A DNA stretch of 24,655 bases from a virus (Duplodnaviria; Heunggongvirae; Uroviricota; Caudoviricetes): IMG/VR virus record IMGVR_UViG_3300021387_001267, positions 64,001 through 88,655 of that record, one strand, 5' to 3'. The notes beneath the pieces are model-generated. The model saw only the letters and a list, made by a program, of their open reading frames with translations, was not told the DNA's origin and searched no databases. Numbering within the stretch: the first letter of the stretch is position 1; each line of letters opens with the position of its first letter. The position numbers were made by a program, and so were the translations under genes. Below, one piece after another: positions 18,641 through 24,608 of the stretch.

Positions 18641-20109
18641 TTGTTCACCCCTCCGATCGTCTGCAGAAATTCATCAAGCGAAATCAAACCGTCATTTGTA
18701 TCGTCAATGTCAGAATGTTCGAGAGCGTCACTATTTCCATAGATCGCGTCAATGATTGCCATGTACTTTCCGCGATCGGCTGAGCTCCAGTTTTTGGACT
18801 CAACGCGTTTCTCGATGAGGTCATCCATATCTCGATGGAACTTAAGACGCGCATGATCGTCAGCTTTGTTGTAAGCGGCTTTGGCCTTTGAAGCAAGATC
18901 GCTGCTGTCTTTATATGCCTTCAGCTCATCCTTGTCATAGAAATATCGATCGCCGATCTTCTCGATGTATTTTGCGTTCTCTTTCTTCTCCGTATCCTGC
19001 TTAAGTTTTTCATAGCCTTTCTTGGCTTTTTCACTCTGTGCATTGCTACTGGAAGACCGCTCTATGTCTGCCATCTCTTTTTTCAGACTCGAGGCATCGG
19101 TATCTTTCGAAATGTTTTGCTTGGCCTTTTTATCTGACTTATTGCCGCTCTGCTTGTCAGTTGAACTGGTGCTGGTATCCTTTTTAACCTCTTCGCCCTC
19201 GGCTTTGCTGTCATTGCCATTTTGATCATTCTTCTTGGCAGTACTGACATCGGTCGGGGTCTTCGGCTTGTAGGTATCCTTTCCGATAATCCGCATCGGC
19301 TTCTTATCATCGTTAGGATCTTTTGCTGCGATAAGGGAGTTATAAGTTTCCGCTCCGACGTTATAAAGCTTCTTCAGACTGTCTGCACCTTTATAGACTG
19401 TGTCGATGGTATCGGCGACATCTTTTGCGGTCTTGACATACCGCATAATCTCATCGCGCCGAAAGTCTTTAAGCTGCCGATCCATTACGATCTTATCCTG
19501 AACTTCTTTCATTTCATCAGGGGTCAGAATATCTCGTGCCGAATAGATCTGCAGCGGGTGTTCGCGATAGTAATTCTTAAGCGCCTCTCTGGCAGCTTTT
19601 TCCTTGTCGGCTTCAAGCGCTTCCTGTTTTTTTCGCTCAGCCTCGGCAATAGCTTCTTTTGCAAGACGCTCGGATTCTTTCTTTGCTTCTTCTTCCTGAC
19701 GTTTCCGCTCTTTTGCAGCGGCCTTTTCGGCAGCTGCTTTTGCGCGGTTTTCGGAATGTTCCTGGATCTTCTGCTTAATATTCGCTCGGATTCCGCTGAG
19801 CTGTTTTCCGTTAATCGTTACATTAACTCCGGATTTTTTTATGCTTCCAACTTCAGTTACGTCTTTTCCGATACGAATATCGGTTTTTCCGTCTTTTTTC
19901 TCGGATTCGCTTCCTCTTTCAGGGCCAACTCCATAATGTTCTCGCCCAAGAGGTGTCAGACTTCCATCGTAGTTCTGATAACGACGTATACCCCATCTGC
20001 CGCCTTTTATCTGATGATGCGAAAGATAAGGCCCATCTGATCCAAACATCAGAACACGTTTTGCTTCATTGCCCTCGTGATGGGCCAGAAAATAGTTATT
20101 AGCGTACAT
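18637..20109 (-). CDS. Hypothetical Lys/Glu-rich protein with YLSHHQIKGGRWG...YDGSLT motif
   Basis: 490-aa ORF with charged coiled-coil segments and the RYFYDKDELKAY motif. Confidence 0.8.
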   Translation of the reverse strand: MYANNYFLAHHEGNEAKRVLMFGSDGPYLSHHQIKGGRWGIRRYQNYDGSLTPLGREHYGVGPERGSESEKKDGKTDIRIGKDVTEVGSIKKSGVNVTINGKQLSGIRANIKQKIQEHSENRAKAAAEKAAAKERKRQEEEAKKESERLAKEAIAEAERKKQEALEADKEKAAREALKNYYREHPLQIYSARDILTPDEMKEVQDKIVMDRQLKDFRRDEIMRYVKTAKDVADTIDTVYKGADSLKKLYNVGAETYNSLIAAKDPNDDKKPMRIIGKDTYKPKTPTDVSTAKKNDQNGNDSKAEGEEVKKDTSTSSTDKQSGNKSDKKAKQNISKDTDASSLKKEMADIERSSSSNAQSEKAKKGYEKLKQDTEKKENAKYIEKIGDRYFYDKDELKAYKDSSDLASKAKAAYNKADDHARLKFHRDMDDLIEKRVESKNWSSADRGKYMAIIDAIYGNSDALEHSDIDDTNDGLISLDEFLQTIGGVNK

Positions 20110-20130
20110 TTAGTAGCCCTCACTTCCTGT

Positions 20131-20173
20131 AAATAAAAAGGAGAGCCTCAAAGAATTTCTCAAAGGCTCTCCT
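20131..20173 (-). terminator. Intrinsic terminator closing the six-gene cassette
   Basis: Perfect 10-bp stem AGGAGAGCCU / AGGCUCUCCU followed by UUUUAUUU on the minus strand. Confidence 0.8.
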
Positions 20174-20182
20174 CAATGTATT

Positions 20183-20773
20183 TTAGTCGTTCATACCGGC
20201 AGCGCGAATCATCGAAATGTACTTCTTCAGTTCCTGCTTCTCGTAATCGGAAGCGGACTTATCAAAGAGGTTTTCGAGACTGGCAACCGCGCGGTCGCTG
20301 ATGCTGTGGCGACTGTAACCGCGATCGGAATACTCCGGTCCGTAATACGGATCTCCGCAATAGCTGCGATTCATAAATTCAGACGGGTATCCGGGATAGC
20401 CGGAATAGCCATCAGAATTGCTCTGATACCAGCCATGAACTCCGTAGTTCGGATTTCCGTAGCCGACATGATGCATTCCATAACTGCGATCGGAATAAAC
20501 GGCGCGCTCAGGCATACCGTAAGAAGTAATATGATACTGGCGGTAGGGTTCACCGTGCATGGAATATCCGCGCTCAGCATAGGCGCCGGGATCTTTCTTC
20601 TCTTCCTCGGCCTCGCACTCTTCGATACGGCAGCAGAGCTCATCATACAGATGGAATCCGTCAATAGCGGATTTGGTTTCGGCAGGAGTGAGGTCGTTTT
20701 TCTGCATGAGCTCGTCAAGACATTTCTCAACGGTTTTCTTCATGTTTTTCATGGATTCAGTTTTGAGTTCCAT
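20183..20773 (-). CDS. Cassette gene 6: helical ends with a central Gly/Tyr/Ser low-complexity region
   Basis: Likely start MELKTES at 20773 after GAGGAGG. Contains repeated GYS/SYG/GYG tripeptides. Confidence 0.8.
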   Translation of the reverse strand: MELKTESMKNMKKTVEKCLDELMQKNDLTPAETKSAIDGFHLYDELCCRIEECEAEEEKKDPGAYAERGYSMHGEPYRQYHITSYGMPERAVYSDRSYGMHHVGYGNPNYGVHGWYQSNSDGYSGYPGYPSEFMNRSYCGDPYYGPEYSDRGYSRHSISDRAVASLENLFDKSASDYEKQELKKYISMIRAAGMND

Positions 20774-20787
20774 TTTGAATTTCCTCC

Positions 20788-21240
20788 TCACTTCTTCGCG
20801 AACACGATATTCGCAGCCTGGACTAGAATCGGTGTGGTCCCGGTGTTACGAATACTGAGTGTCTGGCAGCAGCACTTCCAGATTGACACGTTTGCTGCTC
20901 TGGAGACATTGAAGTACTGCTCCACGGCAGCTGGCGTGACTTCCATTTCAGTCCCAGCCAGTGTATTTCCGTCAAGAGCAAACGCGACCGAAATCGGGCC
21001 GACGGTTTCTCCTTCAGGAATTGCAATGTTTGCACCGAAGTCTACCATGTAATTCACGGTAGCCGGTTTGCAGCAGCATCTCCTAATGCAGGAACCGGTA
21101 TCGATCCCTTTCATCAGAAATGCGCCACTGTCATCACGGTGCAGAATATAACCCATTGGGCATGACTGTGCCGTATCGGTGAAGACGATGGCCTCACCGG
21201 GGTTGACCGTCTGAACGGCAACACTAGTCCATTCAGCCAT
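20788..21240 (-). CDS. Cassette gene 5: beta-rich, Cys-containing protein, BclA C-terminal/C1q-TNF-like (tentative)
   Basis: QTVNPGEAIVFT...YMVDFGANIAIP...ISVAFALDG...NVSIWKCCCQTLSIRNTG: alternating beta-strand pattern. SD AAGGAGGT. Confidence 0.7.
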   Translation of the reverse strand: MAEWTSVAVQTVNPGEAIVFTDTAQSCPMGYILHRDDSGAFLMKGIDTGSCIRRCCCKPATVNYMVDFGANIAIPEGETVGPISVAFALDGNTLAGTEMEVTPAAVEQYFNVSRAANVSIWKCCCQTLSIRNTGTTPILVQAANIVFAKK

Positions 21241-21252
21241 CTCGGCACCTCC

Positions 21253-22095
21253 TTAACCCATGCAGCCGCAGCCTGTATTCTGTGCGCAGCAGTTAGGATT
21301 CTGTGTGCAGCAGTTAGGATTCTGGACCATATACGCGGGGCGCGGAGTCGGCAGGACATACTGCTCAACTTCGTTTGCAAGAGCCCGCTGACCGGCCAGA
21401 ATCTGAGCAATCTCGTCCTTGGATTCCGCACGGCGATTGGCATCATTAAGCGCAGCTGTGAGATTTGCGATCTGCTGATCCTTGCCCGCAAGCTCAAGCT
21501 GGCAGATCTTATCCATAACAGTCTGGATACCGGCATTCGTGGCGTTCACAATGGCCTGGGTATTGGCATTGTTCGCCATGAGCATGTTAGTAAAGCCTTC
21601 ATTCATAGCCGTGCGGTCAGCGCAGTTCTCGGTAGCAACTGTATACTTGATGTCGGCAAGACCGGCGCGATTCTCACAACAGCAGTTCTGAAGGCCTGCG
21701 GCCAGCGTGTTCATGCCCTGCATGGTAGCAGACTGATTGTTGTTCAGAGTCTGAAGTACATTTGCCTGCCCGTTGCAACGGGAAATTTCGGCATTCGCGA
21801 ATCCGGTGTTCAGAGCTCCAGTGATTCCGTTCAGGGCACCCATAATGGCCGACTGATCGAATCCGCGCTGAACATCCGTATTCTGCTGATTGCCCATCAT
21901 GAACGGAAGCATGCCACCCATTCCGCCGCCAAAGCCAAAGCCATTGCCCCAGCCGTTATTGGCAAACAGAAGCAGAATGATCAGCCACCAGGCACCATCG
22001 CCGAAGAAACCGCCGTTTCCCCAGCCGCCATTACCGCCATAAGGCTGAACGGGCATCGTGAAGTTTGTTCCGTTACCATTTTCAGAATAAGACAT
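21253..22095 (-). CDS. Cassette gene 4: Gly-rich N-terminus with a hydrophobic segment, Asn/Gln-rich coiled coil and Cys clusters
   Basis: GGWGNGGFFGDGAWWLIILLLFANNGWG, QNCCCEN and C-terminal QNPNCC repeats ending GCGCMG. SD AGGAGG. Confidence 0.85.
   Translation of the reverse strand: MSYSENGNGTNFTMPVQPYGGNGGWGNGGFFGDGAWWLIILLLFANNGWGNGFGFGGGMGGMLPFMMGNQQNTDVQRGFDQSAIMGALNGITGALNTGFANAEISRCNGQANVLQTLNNNQSATMQGMNTLAAGLQNCCCENRAGLADIKYTVATENCADRTAMNEGFTNMLMANNANTQAIVNATNAGIQTVMDKICQLELAGKDQQIANLTAALNDANRRAESKDEIAQILAGQRALANEVEQYVLPTPRPAYMVQNPNCCTQNPNCCAQNTGCGCMG
21277..21324. repeat. 21-nt tandem repeat, ~2.3 copies, encoding QNPNCC(T/A)
   Basis: attctgtgcgcagcagttagg / attctgtgtgcagcagttagg / attctg, with one mismatch. 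Confidence 0.9.
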
Positions 22096-22117
22096 TGTCT
22101 CATTCCTCCTAAAAATG

Positions 22118-22176
22118 TATTTATTCAGATCCTCGCCGTACTGCAGATAGGTTTGGAGGTGAACATCGAATAAATA
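22118..22176 (-). promoter_or_regulatory. Long imperfect hairpin immediately upstream of the gene-4 RBS
   Basis: UAUUUAUUC/GAAUAAAUA (9 bp), GAU/AUC and CCUC/GAGG helices; it ends 7 nt before AGGAGG. Confidence 0.55.
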
Positions 22177-22185
22177 AAAACTGAC

Positions 22186-22407
22186 CTAGCGTTTTCTGCC
22201 GGTCAGTCGATCTGCGATACTCGCAAACTGATTGAATTGCTCTTGTGTCATTTCGCCATTTTGAATTTTCTGTCGAACGATTTGTTCAGGACTCATTCCA
22301 GTAGGAGCAATCTGTCTTGCAAGATTCTGCAGTGCAGTATTCAAGTCGAAGTTCGATCCGAAACCCTGCTGCTGGTTCTGCTTATGAGAATTGAAGAATG
22401 GATTCAT
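22186..22407 (-). CDS. Cassette gene 3: small Gln/Asn-rich helical protein
   Basis: Likely start MNPFF at 22407 after AAGGAGG. Contains SPEQIVRQKIQNGEMTQEQFNQ. Confidence 0.75.
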   Translation of the reverse strand: MNPFFNSHKQNQQQGFGSNFDLNTALQNLARQIAPTGMSPEQIVRQKIQNGEMTQEQFNQFASIADRLTGRKR

Positions 22408-22420
22408 TAAAGCATCCTCC

Positions 22421-22879
22421 TTAGCCATTCAGAAGCTGCTCGAGCTTTCCGTTCATTCCGTCAACCGTATGAGTAAGTTTCTCAACCAATTCATATAGCT
22501 GCTTATGCTCGTCCTTTGTAACGAACTGAGCTTCAGGGCCGAATGGAACTTCTTCAACGGTATAGTGAAGAGCGTGAATTGGATTCTTAATATTCCCGTT
22601 TGCGTCGGTCTCGCGGCGGTAGATAATCGGCTCGTTCTTATCGTGAAAATACATCTCTTCACTCGGAGATGTCGGATGCGCGAGAACTTCGTCCATGCCG
22701 TTTACCCACACAATATTGCATTTGGGTCCTGCCGCCGCATTCAGAACCGGATTTGTACCAGGATTCTGAACGGTACTTCTTAAACCGGAAGATGGCACTG
22801 GCGTAGGAAGAACCGGCTGTTGAAATGCTCCTGTGCTTGTTCCGATTGCTGGTGTTGGATTAACTCCGAAATTGCTCAT
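22421..22879 (-). CDS. Cassette gene 2: Pro/Gln-rich N-terminus, IVWVNG domain, C-terminal coiled coil
   Basis: 152 aa with SD AAAGGAG. The ATG abuts the upstream stop. Confidence 0.8.
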   Translation of the reverse strand: MSNFGVNPTPAIGTSTGAFQQPVLPTPVPSSGLRSTVQNPGTNPVLNAAAGPKCNIVWVNGMDEVLAHPTSPSEEMYFHDKNEPIIYRRETDANGNIKNPIHALHYTVEEVPFGPEAQFVTKDEHKQLYELVEKLTHTVDGMNGKLEQLLNG

Positions 22880-23263
22880 TTATTGATCTCCTTTCGTCCA
22901 ATAATACGATGGCATTTCGTTTCCGGAATCCCACGTATCATAGTAATCACCGCCCTCCACGGTAACGACATGCTGGTCCAATACTAATAAATAACAGCCA
23001 TCCGGATGATCATGACAAAAGTCCTTCACCGTATATCGTCCGAGATAGCTGTCTGGTATGAATTTTCTTATGTAGCCAAGTCTGGCCAAATACGCTCCCC
23101 AGGTCGCATTTCCGGAAGGCATGTCTTTTGCCAGAAATCCCTGAAATGACGTGGCGGCATACACATGATCCCAATCCTGATTTGTAAGTTTACAGATTGC
23201 ACGTATGGTACAATCACCGACAAATCGTCCTTTCGGATTTGGGTTATAAAATTGAAAAGCCAT
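22880..23263 (-). CDS. Cassette gene 1: small papain-like (Cys-His-Asp) peptidase-like protein
   Basis: GDCTIRAI (Cys at a helix N-terminus), HVVTV (His on a strand) and DTWDSG (acidic residue): spacing typical of C39-like/papain-fold enzymes. Confidence 0.65.
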   Translation of the reverse strand: MAFQFYNPNPKGRFVGDCTIRAICKLTNQDWDHVYAATSFQGFLAKDMPSGNATWGAYLARLGYIRKFIPDSYLGRYTVKDFCHDHPDGCYLLVLDQHVVTVEGGDYYDTWDSGNEMPSYYWTKGDQ

Positions 23264-23302
23264 TTTGAATTCTCATCAGCCTTTCATTTTTGCGGACGAG
23301 TA

Positions 23303-23647
23303 TCAGTACCCGTGTTTCGCGGTTTCCATGAGAAGCCACTCAAGCTTCTGTATCTGTTCCTTATACGCAGTAAGAACAGTTGCACTTGCAGGTGGATCGA
23401 ATATTACCTTTACAAACAAATAGACAAACTGCTTTACATCCTCTTGATACCCGTCATCAATGAAGTCGGACCAGACTTCGTCCTCGCCAGTTACATGAAA
23501 TGGCATTTCCGGGCCGACGCCAAGCTGACAGAGTCTTGAAAATGCAGAATTAATGTGTATGATCAAATCCGTGTCAAAGTACTCATAGTCTTCACTCGGC
23601 CCGATCATTCTTCTAATCGTTCTGAGAATAGATGTTTCTACAGCCAT
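23303..23647 (-). CDS. Head-tail adaptor (connector) protein, displaced from the head genes
   Basis: SILRTIRRMIG...FDTDLIIHINSAFSRLCQLGVG...VKVIFDPPAS...LEWLL. Likely start 23647 after GGAGG. Confidence 0.65.
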   Translation of the reverse strand: MAVETSILRTIRRMIGPSEDYEYFDTDLIIHINSAFSRLCQLGVGPEMPFHVTGEDEVWSDFIDDGYQEDVKQFVYLFVKVIFDPPASATVLTAYKEQIQKLEWLLMETAKHGY

Positions 23648-23649
23648 TT

Positions 23650-24075
23650 CTATAGCCTCCATGGACAAGTATCATACAGCGTTCTTTCGATCGGTTCTTC
23701 AAGACCGAGGAGCGATATGTCGCCAAAGTGTATCGCCTGGTGTGTTGTGAACGAAGTGCATACGACTAATTCAGGATCCATTAGAACATCGGAGAGATTA
23801 GCAACGTCTTCGAGTTCTATTGGATTCATATGATGTATGTATATCTTTTCTCCAGGCTCAAATGGGCGTTCGCTACATGCCAGATCGAATCCTCCATCTC
23901 GAATAATGATCTCGCGTCTGAAGTTTCGCCATTCTGTTGATGTATAAAACTTCTGATTTAGCCAGCGCTCTTTTCCGAACGTTTCATGGCCAACTGTTCC
24001 GCCGATTCGCAAATATTCGTAACGCTCCTTAAATGTAGGAAGTTTAATGAGTTCAGTATAGGTACGGATCTTCAT
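23650..24075 (-). CDS. HNH endonuclease (packaging-associated, HK97 gp74-like)
   Basis: FYTSTEWRNFRREIIIRDG, IHHMNPI and HQAIH. Likely start MKIRTY at 24075 after GGAGGA. Confidence 0.85.
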   Translation of the reverse strand: MKIRTYTELIKLPTFKERYEYLRIGGTVGHETFGKERWLNQKFYTSTEWRNFRREIIIRDGGFDLACSERPFEPGEKIYIHHMNPIELEDVANLSDVLMDPELVVCTSFTTHQAIHFGDISLLGLEEPIERTLYDTCPWRL

Positions 24076-24409
24076 ACTCTTCCTCCGTAGGAATCGTGTA
24101 AGAACGCATTGCGGCGATCGCCTTACGATACAGGTCTTCTCTCGTCTTTTCCGAGTCAATAGCTTCTGTTTTCGCTCGAAGTAGTTCGTTTTCCTTCTGA
24201 AGCTTCTCCATTTCCTCGCGTTGTTTTATCGATCCAGCCTTTAAGAAATGGACGTATTCTGCAGATGACGCTGTGCCATTTCGTATTCGCTCTTCTACAG
24301 CATCATATACGAGTGCAATTAGTTGATTCTCGCGTTCTTCCGGCGATCCTGCTGGCGGAAATCGAATATCTGAAAAATTGTCTACAACTTCTTTTTTCTT
24401 AGATGCCAC
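24053..24409 (-). CDS. Putative terminase small subunit (first gene of the operon)
   Basis: EERENQLIAL...GTASSAEYVHFLKAGS followed by a coiled coil. First gene, next to the HNH gene. Likely GTG start at 24409 after GGAGGTG. Confidence 0.55.
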   Translation of the reverse strand: MASKKKEVVDNFSDIRFPPAGSPEERENQLIALVYDAVEERIRNGTASSAEYVHFLKAGSIKQREEMEKLQKENELLRAKTEAIDSEKTREDLYRKAIAAMRSYTIPTEEEYEDPYLY

Positions 24410-24454
24410 GCAGCAGTTCACCTCCATTCTTTGCTACGTATGTGCCTTGATGCC

Positions 24455-24608
24455 TTTTAGGTGTGTATGGATGGTGAAGGAAATGTGGAGGGATGACAGG
24501 AGATCAGAGAACCACAAGTCAGAGAGCTTGAAAGGAGAATCCCGGCATTTGGCCAGATCGTTCTATAAAGGAGGATAGAACACACGAAGAATCCATACAC
24601 ACGTAAAA
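24455..24608 (-). ncRNA. Candidate structured leader/sRNA with multiple anti-Shine-Dalgarno motifs
   Basis: 12-bp perfect inverted repeat (24461-24472 / 24591-24602) extended by 5 bp. It encloses a 7-bp hairpin with loop CCUCCUUU and four more CUCC/UUCC motifs. Confidence 0.6.

Noticed and set aside
14922-24427. Longest-ORF starts at 16112, 20791, 22428, 23668, 24159 and 24427
   Set aside because: Downstream starts have well-spaced SD sequences and avoid long overlaps, so I used those instead.
962-24578. Many short plus-strand and alternate-frame ORFs in the track (e.g. 5924-6628, 9428-10024, 19222-20040, 20306-21052)
   Set aside because: They overlap well-supported minus-strand genes and have shadow-like composition.
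24378-24578. 66-aa plus-strand ORF that might explain the plus-strand SD-like motifs
   Set aside because: It is antisense to the gene-1 start, and most of the SD-like motifs have no suitably spaced start codon, so they do not look like working RBSs.
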